Origin: Candidatus Curtissbacteria bacterium
Lineage (GTDB): Bacteria; Patescibacteriota; Microgenomatia; Curtissbacterales; GWA2-41-24
Direction: 5' to 3'
Assembly: GCA_030647775.1 (NCBI GenBank)
Contig: JAUSJC010000010.1
Location: forward strand, 6,208-70,207
DNA length: 64,000 nucleotides
The position numbers and the translations under genes were made by a program. Under the pieces are notes generated by a model. That model had not been told where the DNA came from and did no database searches. It worked only from the letters and a program-made list of their open reading frames with translations. Below are positions 47,317 through 57,827 of the stretch, piece by piece; the stretch's first letter is position 1, and each line of letters begins with the position of its first letter.

Positions 47317-48636
47317 TTGGTACAACTAAACATGCCCATGTTAAAACGAATCTTCGCTTCTGCACTAATTATCGCAGTCCCTTTGGTGCTTTCTGCCTGC
47401 TCGCTTTTACCGGGCGGAGGCGCAACCAAAGCAGTAACCATCAAAGTCTGGGGTCTCTGGGAATCTTCAACGACCATGAGCAGAATAATCAGCGATTACA
47501 AGAAAGTTAAACCCGATGTCACTATTATCTACGAGAAAAAAGCGCCCCAGCAATATCGCGAAAGTTTACAAAACCAGATTCAATCCGCTAAAGGCCCCGA
47601 CGTCTTCATTTTCCATAATACTTGGACCCCAATGCTCTCTGGGGAATTGGCGCCTGTGCCGTCAAGTGTTATCACGGGTTCTGATTTTTCCAAAAATTAC
47701 TACCCCACAGCCAGTACTGATCTTAAGAGTCCGGCCAAAAAACTTGTTGGCATTCCCATGGAAATCGATGGTCTTGCCCTTTACTATAATGCGGACATTT
47801 TTAATGCCGCCGGCATAACCTCGGCACCCACAACCTGGCCCGAGTTAGCCCAGGATGCAGCCAAAGTTACGGTTAAAGATACCGCAGGCAATATTAAAAC
47901 CGCGGGTGTTGCTATTGGTACCGCCTCAAATATCGATCATTTCTCCGATATTTTGGGGATGATGGTTTTGCAAAATAGGGGAGACCTCAAAAACCCAACC
48001 GAAAAAGCATCGGCCGACGCGCTTGATTACTATGTCAATTTTGCCAAGGGTCCAAACCGCGTTTGGGATGAAATGATGCCTGCTTCAACTGTTGCTTTTG
48101 CCGGCGGCAATCTGGCTATGTATTTTGCCCCCAGCTGGCGCGCCATCGAAATCAAAAACGCCAACCCGCTTTTAAACTTTAAAGTTGCACCGGTGCCGCA
48201 GCTCAAACTGGATGAGAAAAAAGTAGGCTGGGCCAGCTACTGGGCTGTTGGCGTCTCCGCTAAAAGCCCAAACCAATCTGAAGCCTGGAATTTTGTGAAA
48301 TACCTAACCCAGGAGCAGACGCTTATTACACTTTACAACCAGGCAGCCCAAACCCCCGGCCGAATTTTCGGTGAGCCCTACCCACGGGTTTCAATGGGGC
48401 CAAAACTCGCCTCCGACCCTATACTCGGAGCCTATATTGAGAGCGCCCCTTCGATGCGCTCATTCCCGATGGCCTCATTTACTTGGGATAATGGGCTGAA
48501 TGATCAAATAATCAAGGCGTATGAAGATGCTATTAATGCCACGATAGGCGGAACACCGGCATCAACTGCCTTGCAGACTACCGCCAAAAACGTCCAAAAC
48601 ATTTTAAGTCGGTACTCGACCCCTGCCCCAAAATAA
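47317..48636 (+). CDS. ABC transporter extracellular solute-binding lipoprotein (sugar-type).
   Basis: Lipobox 'VLSACSL'. Family-1 SBP-like sequence. Confidence 0.65.
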   Translation: MVQLNMPMLKRIFASALIIAVPLVLSACSLLPGGGATKAVTIKVWGLWESSTTMSRIISDYKKVKPDVTIIYEKKAPQQYRESLQNQIQSAKGPDVFIFHNTWTPMLSGELAPVPSSVITGSDFSKNYYPTASTDLKSPAKKLVGIPMEIDGLALYYNADIFNAAGITSAPTTWPELAQDAAKVTVKDTAGNIKTAGVAIGTASNIDHFSDILGMMVLQNRGDLKNPTEKASADALDYYVNFAKGPNRVWDEMMPASTVAFAGGNLAMYFAPSWRAIEIKNANPLLNFKVAPVPQLKLDEKKVGWASYWAVGVSAKSPNQSEAWNFVKYLTQEQTLITLYNQAAQTPGRIFGEPYPRVSMGPKLASDPILGAYIESAPSMRSFPMASFTWDNGLNDQIIKAYEDAINATIGGTPASTALQTTAKNVQNILSRYSTPAPK

Positions 48637-48643
48637 CTACCAG

Positions 48644-49429
48644 TCAGTTAGGGAGAGGTCGCAAAGCGCCGGAAAACCCGAATCTAGAAAAATGCTCATC
48701 TCTAAGATTTTCCAGTTTGTCAAACGGCGAAGTCAGTTTATAGAAATCACCCGCAAAATATAAAGCTACCAAGTTTTTCCCCATGTTGTGATAGTACCCT
48801 TCAGCATTAAGGGCTTCAAGCGCACTTCTGTGAAGAAATGTTTCGCCTCCGCTTAACCTGCGGCGGATATTATCTAAGAAAGAAATGGAAGGAACTATTC
48901 TAGGAATAGTAGGGTGAAGCAAGGCAAAAGACGAGTCTGGCTGCCAAAGCGTTGCTGAGTATCCAATCGCAGGCTCTTTCATACTGACCGCAAGTACCAT
49001 ACCATTGAGCCTATTTGGAATCTCTTTCCCCCAAAACTCGTAATTGCCGCCAGTTATAAGAGGATTAGGGAAATGGTCAGAAGAGCCGTCACTATTTAAT
49101 TGGGTCGGGAAAGATTGCCAGTTAGGGTGAGTATGAAAGGATATAAAGGGGTAATGATAACCATTCAGAGCACTTCTGATTGGGTTTTCAAAATCCGCAT
49201 CAATGGAGTCAGAATCACCTCTGCTTACTTTAGTTAAAGCATAAGAATCGTGGCCAATGGTTTTAAAAACCACAAAACCTGCCTCGCGACCTGTGAGCTT
49301 AGTAATCTTTATCGCTGTCGCCACTCTCCGCCTATATTCATAAGACTCCAGTAAAGAACGAAAAGTTGCGCCGTCAACGACCTCTCTTATCTCTTGGGAT
49401 TCTAAAATAGAGCTCGACTCTTTGCCCAT
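48644..49429 (-). CDS. Hypothetical protein.
   Basis: ORF only. 'SFHTHPNW' is a near-JAMM motif but incomplete. Confidence 0.4.
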   Translation of the reverse strand: MGKESSSILESQEIREVVDGATFRSLLESYEYRRRVATAIKITKLTGREAGFVVFKTIGHDSYALTKVSRGDSDSIDADFENPIRSALNGYHYPFISFHTHPNWQSFPTQLNSDGSSDHFPNPLITGGNYEFWGKEIPNRLNGMVLAVSMKEPAIGYSATLWQPDSSFALLHPTIPRIVPSISFLDNIRRRLSGGETFLHRSALEALNAEGYYHNMGKNLVALYFAGDFYKLTSPFDKLENLRDEHFSRFGFSGALRPLPN

Positions 49430-49487
49430 TATTTAGCTTTTATTTTAAACGGTGTATAGTCTATCATAATCGCGTTGCAATCTAGCC

Positions 49488-50396
49488 ATGAGCTTAGAGA
49501 AAGCTGTTTTATCGACCCTAACATACCACGGTATCTTTGATTATCCCCTGACAAAAGAAGAAATCTACAAGTATCAAATAGGAGAGACTGCAAGCCGTAA
49601 AAAAATTGAAAAAGCTATCCACAGTTTAGTAGAAAATAAAAAAATCGCTACTAAAAACAATCTTTACTATTTAAAAGGTAGGGGAAAGATAGTTAACCTA
49701 CGCACCAGAAGAAAAAAGTATTCTTTCTTAAAACTTAAAAAAGCCCGCTTCTTTGCCAATATCTTAAAACTTATCCCGACTGTTAAACTGGTCGCCGTCT
49801 CCGGCGCCCTTGCCATGGAAAACGCCCAGAAAAACGATGATATTGATCTGGTCATTATTACAGCCAGAAACACTCTATGGAGTACACGGCTTTTGGCAAA
49901 TATTCTCCTCCAGCCTTTCCGACGCAAAGCGGGCTGGCCCCATATAAAAAATAAAGCTTGCCTAAATTTATTTATCGAGCAGTCTAGCCTCAAAATCCGG
50001 ACTCAGAATTTATATACTGCCCACGAAGTTGCCCAAATGCGGCCTTTGTGGCAAAGGCAAAATGCTTACACCAGCTTCCTAAAAGCCAACTCTTGGGTAA
50101 AAACTTTCCTTCCTAATTGGGAACCACCCTCCGCCGACTCAACTTTTACTTTTCCACATTTCCTGCCGCCTGTCTTGCCCCTCGAAGCTTTAGCGAAGTG
50201 GGGCCAGCTTGCATATATGAAGAAAAAAGTCACCACCGAAAAAATAGGGAAGTATCAGTTATTTTTTCATCCCCGAAACACGGAGGAATTGGTATTAAAG
50301 GAATATATCAAGAGGCTCAATATGCTAGACAATCGGTATTCACGAAAGGGAACTTCCCTGCAATCCTCGTCGAGTAAAACTCGACTGCGGGTCTAA
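49488..50396 (+). CDS. Nucleotidyltransferase-fold protein candidate.
   Basis: 'VAVSGALAMENAQKNDDIDLVII' resembles the Pol-beta NTase GS...D.D motif. Confidence 0.4.
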   Translation: MSLEKAVLSTLTYHGIFDYPLTKEEIYKYQIGETASRKKIEKAIHSLVENKKIATKNNLYYLKGRGKIVNLRTRRKKYSFLKLKKARFFANILKLIPTVKLVAVSGALAMENAQKNDDIDLVIITARNTLWSTRLLANILLQPFRRKAGWPHIKNKACLNLFIEQSSLKIRTQNLYTAHEVAQMRPLWQRQNAYTSFLKANSWVKTFLPNWEPPSADSTFTFPHFLPPVLPLEALAKWGQLAYMKKKVTTEKIGKYQLFFHPRNTEELVLKEYIKRLNMLDNRYSRKGTSLQSSSSKTRLRV

Positions 50397-50602
50397 TGGG
50401 GAACATCAGCTCTTCTTCCACCCCAAAGACACCCAAGAATGGGTTTTGAAAACTTATGTAAAAAATTGTCAAAAATTACTTAATTGACATCTGTATCAAG
50501 TTTTTGAGATAATTCTGGCGGGCACCCCATGTGGGTGCATGTCCTCCGAAGCTTTTAGCGAAGGAGGATTTTTTAGATCAACCCCATAAACTGTCCAAAT
50601 TT

Positions 50603-52228
50603 ATGGCGCGAACAAAAGTTATATTTGTGTCTGGCGGCGTAATTTCCGGAATCGGGAAGGGGATTGCCGCCTCTTCTATCGCCCTCCTTCTAAAATCCCG
50701 CGGCTTCTCGGTTACCATCATCAAGGCTGATCCCTACCTGAACCACGACGCCGGCACCCTAAACCCCATCGAGCACGGTGAAGTTTTTGTTTTGGATGAC
50801 GGCATGGAATGCGACCAGGACCTGGGCAATTACGAGCGCTTTTTAGACCAAAGCCTCAATGCCACCAACTACATGACCACCGGCCAAATCTTCAAGACCA
50901 TAATCGACCGGGAACGCGCTCTGGGCTATGGCGGCAAAACCGTCGAATTTTTCCAGCACCCGCCGGAGGAGATCATCGACCGCATTTTTGCCTGTGCCAA
51001 GAAAAACCGCGCCGAAATTGTCGTTTTCGAAGTCGGCGGCACAGTCGGGGAATATCAAAACATGCTTTACTTGGAGGCCAACAGGCTTCTCAAACTCAAA
51101 CACCCGCGTGACATTTTGCACGTTCACTTAACTTACTTGCCGATTCCGTCGTCTTTGGGCGAAATGAAGTCGAAACCCGCCCAGATGTCTATTCAGCAGC
51201 TGGCTTCTTCCGGTATCATTGCCGATTTTGTCCTGGCCCGCGCGCAAGTAGCTGTGGACGAGCGCCGCAAGGAAAAAATTGCTATCGCCTGCGGCCTTTC
51301 CCCCGAAGATATCATTTCGGCTCCGGACGTTGAAAATATTTATCAAGTGCCTTTAAATTTTGAAAACCAGGGCCTTTCCGACAAAATTCTCAAGAAGCTG
51401 AACACTAAACCCAGGAGAAGCGACCTTTCCGAATGGAAAGTAATGGTCAACCGCGCGCTGACTGCGCCCAAAACAGCCAAAATTGCCATGGTCGGCAAAT
51501 ATTTCTCGACCGGCGATTTTACCCTTTCCGATGCCTATCTTTCCGTCATCGAATCCATAAAGCACGCCGCGGCCATGCACGATATCAAACCCAGAATGGT
51601 TTGGATCGACAGCGCCCAAATCGAAGAAGAAGGCGCTAAAATGCTGGCGGGCTACGACGGCATTGTTGTCCCCGGCGGCTACGGGTCGCGCGCCGTTGAA
51701 GGCATTGTCCAGGCGATTAAATTCGCCCGCGAAAATAATATCCCGTATTTTGGCCTCTGCTACGGCATGCAGCAGGCCGCCGTTGAATTTGCCAGAAACG
51801 TTTTAGGCTTCAAAGATGCCAATACCACGGAAATTGACCCTAAAACCAAACATCCGATAATCCACGTCATGGAATCGCAAAAGGATAAAGTTGAAAACAA
51901 ACACTTCGGCGGCACCCAGCGTCTGGGTGCCTGGGAATGGAAAGGGAAGGCCGGCACCAAATATGCCAAAGCCTATGGGAAGTTGACCGGTTCCGAACGC
52001 CACCGCCACCGCTATGAATTCAACAACAGCTACCGCGACATTTTTGAAAAAAACGGCATGCAAATCGCCGCAACGACCAAAGACAACAAACTTGTCGAAG
52101 CATTGGAGCTCAAAAACCACCCCTTCTTCATCGGTACCCAGTTCCATCCCGAACTTAAATCCCGCCCGCTCCACCCTCATCCTCTCTACATGGCTTTCAT
52201 GAAAGCGGTAAGTAAGGCTAAGAATTGA
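50603..52228 (+). CDS. pyrG: CTP synthase.
   Basis: 'KVIFVSGGVISGIGKGIAASSIALLL', 'DPYLNHDAGTLNP', GATase 'GLCYGMQ'. ATG at 50603 chosen; the track's 5' extension includes a repeat element. Confidence 0.9.
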   Translation: MARTKVIFVSGGVISGIGKGIAASSIALLLKSRGFSVTIIKADPYLNHDAGTLNPIEHGEVFVLDDGMECDQDLGNYERFLDQSLNATNYMTTGQIFKTIIDRERALGYGGKTVEFFQHPPEEIIDRIFACAKKNRAEIVVFEVGGTVGEYQNMLYLEANRLLKLKHPRDILHVHLTYLPIPSSLGEMKSKPAQMSIQQLASSGIIADFVLARAQVAVDERRKEKIAIACGLSPEDIISAPDVENIYQVPLNFENQGLSDKILKKLNTKPRRSDLSEWKVMVNRALTAPKTAKIAMVGKYFSTGDFTLSDAYLSVIESIKHAAAMHDIKPRMVWIDSAQIEEEGAKMLAGYDGIVVPGGYGSRAVEGIVQAIKFARENNIPYFGLCYGMQQAAVEFARNVLGFKDANTTEIDPKTKHPIIHVMESQKDKVENKHFGGTQRLGAWEWKGKAGTKYAKAYGKLTGSERHRHRYEFNNSYRDIFEKNGMQIAATTKDNKLVEALELKNHPFFIGTQFHPELKSRPLHPHPLYMAFMKAVSKAKN

Positions 52229-52251
52229 CTTTTTAGTTCTAAGAGAGTTTA

Positions 52252-52560
52252 ATGCCAACAATGGAAAGATTTAGGCTTGTTGGAGAGGATGGTTGGCCGG
52301 GTGAGATTAAACGTACATCTGACGAAATTAAAAGAAGCCTTTTTAATGGCACCATCCGTACAGGCTCATTGGCAGCAGGAGCAGTATCGCTAAGTGTTCT
52401 TGAAGCCCCGCCACTTATTTCGTGGGGAATGGTCGCAGCTGGTGTTGTTACCGCTCTATATATGGAGGTCAAACTTAAGTATCTTGAGGATCTTCGCGAA
52501 GACCTGATAGAAATAAATAGAGAAACGAGATTGCCAATGGGCGTTCGAGCTCATCGCTAA
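52252..52560 (+). CDS. Hypothetical protein.
   Basis: ORF only. Confidence 0.3.
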   Translation: MPTMERFRLVGEDGWPGEIKRTSDEIKRSLFNGTIRTGSLAAGAVSLSVLEAPPLISWGMVAAGVVTALYMEVKLKYLEDLREDLIEINRETRLPMGVRAHR

Positions 52561-52651
52561 ACCCTTGACAACAGTTAAATTTTTGCAAACTTCATTAACA
52601 AAATAGCCTCATACCGTTGACAACTGTATATTTTTAGAATATACTTCAAAA

Positions 52652-52960
52652 GTGAAGATATTATCGGAGCCAATCACATTTGACTGGGATAAAAGTAATA
52701 TCGACAAAAACTTAATAAAACATGGTGTAACTTATCAGGAGACTGAAGAAGTATTTGGCAATCAACCATTATTACTAAATGTTGACAGCAAACATTCAGA
52801 CTTGGAAATTAGATATCAAGTACTCGGAAAAACAAGCAAAAATAGGCTATTATTTGTATCTTTTACAATAAGAAATCAAAAAGTCAGACCAATATCCTTT
52901 AGAGATATGAGTAAAAAAGAAAGGAGGGTATATGAAAAAAAGACTAAAAACAGTTCCTAA
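52652..52960 (+). CDS. brnT: BrnT-family (DUF497) toxin.
   Basis: 'ITFDWDKSNIDKNLIKHGVTYQETEEVF...HSDLEIRYQVLGKT...RPISFRDMSKKERRVY'. Confidence 0.65.
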   Translation: MKILSEPITFDWDKSNIDKNLIKHGVTYQETEEVFGNQPLLLNVDSKHSDLEIRYQVLGKTSKNRLLFVSFTIRNQKVRPISFRDMSKKERRVYEKKTKNSS

Positions 52961-53207
52961 ATTTAAAAATGAAGATGAAGAAAGGGAGTTTTGGGCGAAT
53001 GCTGATTCTACGGAATACTTTGACTGGTCTAAAGCACAGGAAGTAATCTTTCCCAATCTCAAGCCTTCAACTGAGTCGATCTCTCTAAGATTACCAGAGT
53101 ATCTTTTAGCGAGAATTAAAGAATTAGCCAACAAAAAAGATGTACCGTACCAATCCTTAATGAAAATCTTTTTGGCCGAAAGGGTAGGGCAGGAACTAAA
53201 AAAATAA
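52932..53207 (+). CDS. brnA: BrnA-family antitoxin.
   Basis: Overlaps brnT. 'ISLRLPEYLLARIKELANKKDVPYQSLMKIFLAERV'. Confidence 0.6.
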   Translation: MKKRLKTVPKFKNEDEEREFWANADSTEYFDWSKAQEVIFPNLKPSTESISLRLPEYLLARIKELANKKDVPYQSLMKIFLAERVGQELKK

Positions 53208-53358
53208 ACCTGCACCCTTCGGGCTTGACAAAGCCTAAATTTTTGTTATTATACTAGCAGTCGTAAGCAACAAGTGCTTGCGTTTTTTAAAAGAATTGCT
53301 TATAATCCTGCTCTAACCAATCTAACAATTTAACAATATAGCAATATAACAATTTACG

Positions 53359-53643
53359 ATGTTAAAACCACTCGCCGGATACGTCCTTATAGAACCTGCT
53401 CCCAAAGAAACTAAAACCGCCTCCGGCATTTATTTACCGGAATCTGCCGACGAAAAACCTCAAGAAGGCAAAGTCATTGCCACGGGCGATGCAATCTACG
53501 ATCACGGCAAAGAAGTCACCTCACCTGTCAAAGTAGGGGACAAAGTCGTCTACAAAAAATGGGGCGGCAATGAAGTTAAAGTCGAAGGCCGCGAAATGCT
53601 GCTTATCAAATTCGAAGACTTAATGGCCGTCGTAACGAAATGA
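53359..53643 (+). CDS. groES: Co-chaperonin GroES.
   Basis: 'LKPLAGYVLIEPAPKETKTASGIYLPESA...GKVIATG'. Confidence 0.9.
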   Translation: MLKPLAGYVLIEPAPKETKTASGIYLPESADEKPQEGKVIATGDAIYDHGKEVTSPVKVGDKVVYKKWGGNEVKVEGREMLLIKFEDLMAVVTK

Positions 53644-53700
53644 CTAAAGACGAAAGACTAACGTCTAAAGCTTTAGTCGATAGTCATTAGACAAAACAAA
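53644..53700. repeat. Family B arm copy between groES and groEL.
   Basis: 'tgactaaagacgaaagactaacgtctaaagctttagtcgatagtca'. Confidence 0.4.
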
Positions 53701-53704
53701 GAAA

Positions 53705-55336
53705 ATGGCAAAGCAGATTATATACGCAGAAGAAGCAAGAACCAAACTAAAGGCCGGCGTCGATAAACTCGCCGCCGCCGTAGCAACTACTCTGGGCCCC
53801 AAAGGTAGAAATGTCGCCTTAGACAAGAAATGGGGGGCTCCAAGCGTTATCCATGACGGCGTCACCGTTGCCAAAGAAATCGAACTCGAAGACCCGTTTG
53901 AAAACATGGGCGCTTCCTTAGTTAAAGAAGCAGCCTCCAAAACCAGCGATGTTGCCGGCGACGGTACAACTACGGCCACTGTTCTCGCCCAGGCCATTGT
54001 CGAAGAAGGCCTCAAGAATATTACAGCCGGTGCCAACCCTATGATTCTCCGCTACGGCGTTGAAAAAGCAACAGATGCAGTTGTGCAAGAGCTCAAAAAG
54101 ATGGCCAAAAAAGTTGCCGACCAGGGTGAAATTGAAAAAATCGCCACCATTTCGGCAGCCTCTTCGGAAATTGGCAAATTAATTGCCGATGCTCTCCATA
54201 AAGTTGGCTCCGATGGTGTAATCACCGTCGAAGAAGGCAAGGGTCTTGATCTTTCAGTCGAATACAAAGAAGGCATGGAATTTGACCGTGGTTTTGCTTC
54301 TGCTTACTTTGTTACCGATCCGGACAAAATGCAGTCTGTCATAGAAGACGCCCACATTCTAATCACCGACCAAAAAGTCGCTTCAATGAGTGATTTGGTT
54401 GAGTTCTTAAATAATTTCGTCAAAGTTTCCAAAAACCTAGTCATTATTGCCGACGAAGTTGAAGGTGAAGCTTTGGCAACACTGGTTGTTAACAAACTGC
54501 GCGGAGCCATCAACATTCTGGCCGTCAAAGCTCCCGGTTTTGGCGACAGACGCAAGGAAATGCTCGAGGATATCGCCATTTTGACAGGTGGTACGGTTAT
54601 TTCCGAAGACATGGGCCGCAAACTCGAATCAGTTACCGTTGACGACCTTGGGAAAGCAGACAGAATCGTTGCCGACAAAGACAATACCATTATAGTTGGC
54701 GGTAAAGGTTCAAGAGCGGCTCTTGATGCCCGCATCAAACAAATTAGAAACGAAATTTCATCTACCGACAGCGATTTTGACCGCGAAAAGGCAGAGGAAC
54801 GTTTAGCCAAACTTTCCGGCGGAGTAGCCGTTATTAATGTCGGTGCCGCCACCGAAGTCGAGATGAAAGACAAAAAAGAAAGGGTCGATGATGCTGTCCA
54901 CGCCACCAAAGCTGCTGTCGAAGAGGGCTATGTTGTTGGAGGGGGAGTTGCCCTAATTCGTGCCGCAAAAGCCCTGGAAAAGATGATCCAGGCCGCAGCT
55001 CAAACAGACGAAAAAATCGGTATGGAAATAGTCCGCCAGGCCTTGGGAAAACCTTTGGCCATGATTGCTAAAAATGCCGGAGTCGATGCCGGCTGGGCCG
55101 TTAAAGAAGTTGAAAAGGCCACAGGCAATATCGGCCTCAATGCTCTAACAGGTAAATTTGAAGATTTAGTCGTTGCCGGAGTAATCGATCCGGTCAAAGT
55201 AACCCGCTCTGCAATCCAAAACGCCGCCTCCGTCGCCATGATGATCTTAACTACAGAAGCCTTAGTTACCGATCTCCCGGAAAAGACCCCTCCGTCAGCT
55301 GGTGGAATGCCCTCCGGCGGCATGGGTGAATATTAA
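53705..55336 (+). CDS. groEL: Chaperonin GroEL.
   Basis: '[36 protein letters not shown]', C-terminal '[11 protein letters not shown]'. Confidence 0.95.
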   Translation: MAKQIIYAEEARTKLKAGVDKLAAAVATTLGPKGRNVALDKKWGAPSVIHDGVTVAKEIELEDPFENMGASLVKEAASKTSDVAGDGTTTATVLAQAIVEEGLKNITAGANPMILRYGVEKATDAVVQELKKMAKKVADQGEIEKIATISAASSEIGKLIADALHKVGSDGVITVEEGKGLDLSVEYKEGMEFDRGFASAYFVTDPDKMQSVIEDAHILITDQKVASMSDLVEFLNNFVKVSKNLVIIADEVEGEALATLVVNKLRGAINILAVKAPGFGDRRKEMLEDIAILTGGTVISEDMGRKLESVTVDDLGKADRIVADKDNTIIVGGKGSRAALDARIKQIRNEISSTDSDFDREKAEERLAKLSGGVAVINVGAATEVEMKDKKERVDDAVHATKAAVEEGYVVGGGVALIRAAKALEKMIQAAAQTDEKIGMEIVRQALGKPLAMIAKNAGVDAGWAVKEVEKATGNIGLNALTGKFEDLVVAGVIDPVKVTRSAIQNAASVAMMILTTEALVTDLPEKTPPSAGGMPSGGMGEY

Positions 55337-55584
55337 TCCTCGTCTGCGATAATCCTCGAAAGTTGATAAGTGATAAATACAGCCAAAAGTGTAATCAGAA
55401 GTGCGTAGAGTAGCTTGGACACAACACCTGCGCCTGAAGGCAAATATCTATCCACATATTCGCGAACTATTGCCTGTATCGCCTCGTTCCATGCCAAAGC
55501 TGCCACCAGCCCAAACCCGGAAGTCGAAAGGGTAATCATCTGTCTTAATAATTCGCGAGTTAGCTTTTTGTTCTTTTTAGCCAT
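55333..55584 (-). CDS. Small membrane protein, hypothetical.
   Basis: 83 aa, two hydrophobic helices. Convergent with groEL. Confidence 0.45.
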   Translation of the reverse strand: MAKKNKKLTRELLRQMITLSTSGFGLVAALAWNEAIQAIVREYVDRYLPSGAGVVSKLLYALLITLLAVFITYQLSRIIADED

Positions 55585-55590
55585 TTTTGG

Positions 55591-56217
55591 TTATTTCAAA
55601 ACGATTTTGATCCTGCCGGTACTGACATTGGCAGACCAGTCGGTTATATCCGTTTTAGCTTGAATAATGTATGTATTTTGTCCCGGATCTAAACTGACGC
55701 CTGGAGAAACCAAAAGTATGCCGGTTCCGGAAGTGGTCGCCAGTTCGCTATTCCAGACCGGATGGCCGCCTGTCTTGTTATAAAGCTGTACATAAGCCTT
55801 ACCATTACCTCCTGTCACTGAAACATTAGCCTCAAAATTAACACTTTGGATCCCCGCGTACTTCGAAGAATCAATAGTAACTTCCGCTCCGGGTATATTG
55901 GCATAAGTGCGGCTATTGGTTGACCCACTGCCGACCGGTATAAAAATTTCCTTCTGGGCAGTCTGCACAATTGTTTGCTGGCCAGCGTTATTAGCCGGAG
56001 GAGTAGATGAAACTTGGGAACCGGTAGTTTGAGGGCTTGGTAGCGGAGAAGGCGTAGGCGCTGGTGTCGGTTTGAGGTCAACCGTCCTTGCCTCTTGCTT
56101 TGCACCCTCATTTTTAAACGTTAAATAATTTAGGTAGACAAGGTCAAAAAGCGCTACCGCCAAAATAGCAATGCCGATTTTTGCCAAAATTTTTGAAAGC
56201 AGTGAAGAATTATCCAT
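55591..56217 (-). CDS. Exported protein with an N-terminal TM segment and a Pro/Thr-rich linker, hypothetical.
   Basis: 'IAILAVALFDLVYL' TM, then 'PTPAPTPSPLPSP'. Confidence 0.5.
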   Translation of the reverse strand: MDNSSLLSKILAKIGIAILAVALFDLVYLNYLTFKNEGAKQEARTVDLKPTPAPTPSPLPSPQTTGSQVSSTPPANNAGQQTIVQTAQKEIFIPVGSGSTNSRTYANIPGAEVTIDSSKYAGIQSVNFEANVSVTGGNGKAYVQLYNKTGGHPVWNSELATTSGTGILLVSPGVSLDPGQNTYIIQAKTDITDWSANVSTGRIKIVLK

Positions 56218-56353
56218 ACTTTCTCATATTATCAAAGTTTACATCATATTCTTCGAGCGAAGCGAGAAGTAAGTTCTCACATACGTTCGAACAATACTTG
56301 GGTTAAGTCCTATGTTAAACTAGGGCTAACAATCAACAATCATCAATTACTCC

Positions 56354-56851
56354 ATGAATATCAAACCACCCTCCGCTAGCCAAAGGAAAAGGCTGGCCAA
56401 ACTTTTAGGCAGTGGGGAAGAAGTAATCTATGTTACTTCGATTGGTACCCGCTACTTCTGGATAAAAGTTCTCACAACCTTACCGTTGGCTTTTCTTATC
56501 ATCGGCCTCCCAAAGCTTGGCAATATTATAAGGATGCGCCAATCATATACTTATGCCATCACCAACAGGCGTTTTTTGATAATCAGGGGTATACTTACCA
56601 GGAAAATCGTCACCGCTCCACTAGGCGCCATCACCCACATTACGGTCGAACAATCTTTTATTCAGCGTCTTTTTTACAATACCGGCCATTTGGTAATAAT
56701 CACCGCCGGCTTTGACCAAAGGGAAATTGTAATCGAACATATTGCCGACCCCGTCAGATTCAAAATTCTAATAGAGGATTTAACCGCAAAATTGGATAAC
56801 CAAAAAGATGAAGAGGAACCCCAAACAAAGCTTCGCGCTCTTTCGCTCTAG
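56354..56851 (+). CDS. Bacterial PH-domain (bPH_2, YdbS/YdbT-like) membrane protein.
   Basis: 'YFWIKVLTTLPLAFLIIGL...YAITNRRFLIIRGILTRKIVTAPLGAITHITVEQSF'. Confidence 0.55.
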   Translation: MNIKPPSASQRKRLAKLLGSGEEVIYVTSIGTRYFWIKVLTTLPLAFLIIGLPKLGNIIRMRQSYTYAITNRRFLIIRGILTRKIVTAPLGAITHITVEQSFIQRLFYNTGHLVIITAGFDQREIVIEHIADPVRFKILIEDLTAKLDNQKDEEEPQTKLRALSL

Positions 56852-56868
56852 TTTAAATCTTAGTCCGT

Positions 56869-57558
56869 TTACTTAGGTAATATCCCCGAAGGGTCAACAT
56901 AAATATCGTTATCAATAATTTCCATGTGGACGTGGGCACCGGTTGTTCTGCCTGTTAAGCCGACTGTACCGATTTGGGTTTTGCCGTCAACCTTATTGCC
57001 GACGCCGACATCAATTCTACCCATGTGGGAATAAGTACTCTTTAAGCCGTCACCGTGGTCAATAATAACCATATTCCCGTGGCCGTCGTAAACCATGCCT
57101 GCAAAGACAACCGTTCCCTCACCAATTGAGTGGATTGGAGTTCCAAGCGGCGCGGCAATGTCATTGGCCCTGTGGTAAAAGCTAAATCCTTGAGAGATAT
57201 ACCCGTCAGCCGGTTTATAGAATTCAAATGGGGATTTATGGGCCGAAATTTCCTGGTCAATATCAATTTGGGGTACAGGACTGTCGAGAGCCTGGGCGAC
57301 TAAAATCTTCTGGCCGCCGATGACAACATCCGCTCGCCTCGCATTAAGATAGTCGGCAGCCGGCGAAGCAACCGCAAACAAAAGAGCCAAAACGACAATT
57401 AATTTGGCGAATAGTCTGGCCCTTGGCCTGATCTTAATCTGTGTATGGGTAAATAAAAGGCCAAGTCGAACCGTCTCGCGGGCCTCCATGCGTTGGACCT
57501 TTTTGAAATTCCTTTTAAGTTTTCTCAGTTGTCTGATCATGTATTTGTATCTCCCCAC
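56869..57558 (-). CDS. M23-family peptidase.
   Basis: 'YHRANDIAAPLGTPIHSIGEGTVVFAGM...GNMVIIDHGDGLKSTYSHMG...GLTGRTTGAHVHMEI'. Confidence 0.8.
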   Translation of the reverse strand: MGRYKYMIRQLRKLKRNFKKVQRMEARETVRLGLLFTHTQIKIRPRARLFAKLIVVLALLFAVASPAADYLNARRADVVIGGQKILVAQALDSPVPQIDIDQEISAHKSPFEFYKPADGYISQGFSFYHRANDIAAPLGTPIHSIGEGTVVFAGMVYDGHGNMVIIDHGDGLKSTYSHMGRIDVGVGNKVDGKTQIGTVGLTGRTTGAHVHMEIIDNDIYVDPSGILPK

Positions 57559-57827
57559 TAAAAGTCCCTATAAATTTTTCTGGGGGACTAGGGTCAAAAG
57601 ACCCATAGTGGAGAATTACAAGTGGGAAGTATAGCAAAAATATAAGTGAAAGTCAAGTTATAACGCCAACTAGAATAAGACCCATAGTTTATGAGCGGTC
57701 TATCAATTTTGATCTGTTCTTGCGCCAAACGAAGTCGAAATGTTACCTTTAGATAACGAAACGCTATTTAAACATCGATTTAAATAGTGTGTAGTTATCG
57801 CAAGGAAGCGTTACTTCCTTAAAGCCA

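Noticed and set aside
48644-49429. JAMM/MPN metalloprotease motif in the 261-aa hypothetical protein
   Set aside because: 'HTHPNWQSFPT' lacks the Ser-x-x-Asp continuation of the H-x-H-x7-S-x2-D motif. Left as hypothetical.
50531-50602. N-terminal 24-aa extension of pyrG in the ORF track
   Set aside because: The extension is encoded by a copy of the 27-nt hairpin repeat, and canonical PyrG begins at MARTKVIF. The downstream ATG at 50603 was chosen as the start.
53225-53358. CIRCE heat-shock operator expected upstream of groES
   Set aside because: No TTAGCACTC-N9-GAGTGCTAA-like inverted repeat is present. Only an unrelated 'gtaagcaacaagtgcttgc' partial palindrome was found, so no CIRCE call is made.
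53665-55323. Several antisense or off-frame ORFs inside groEL (123, 74, 201 and 107 aa)
   Set aside because: groEL is unambiguous. These are frame shadows.
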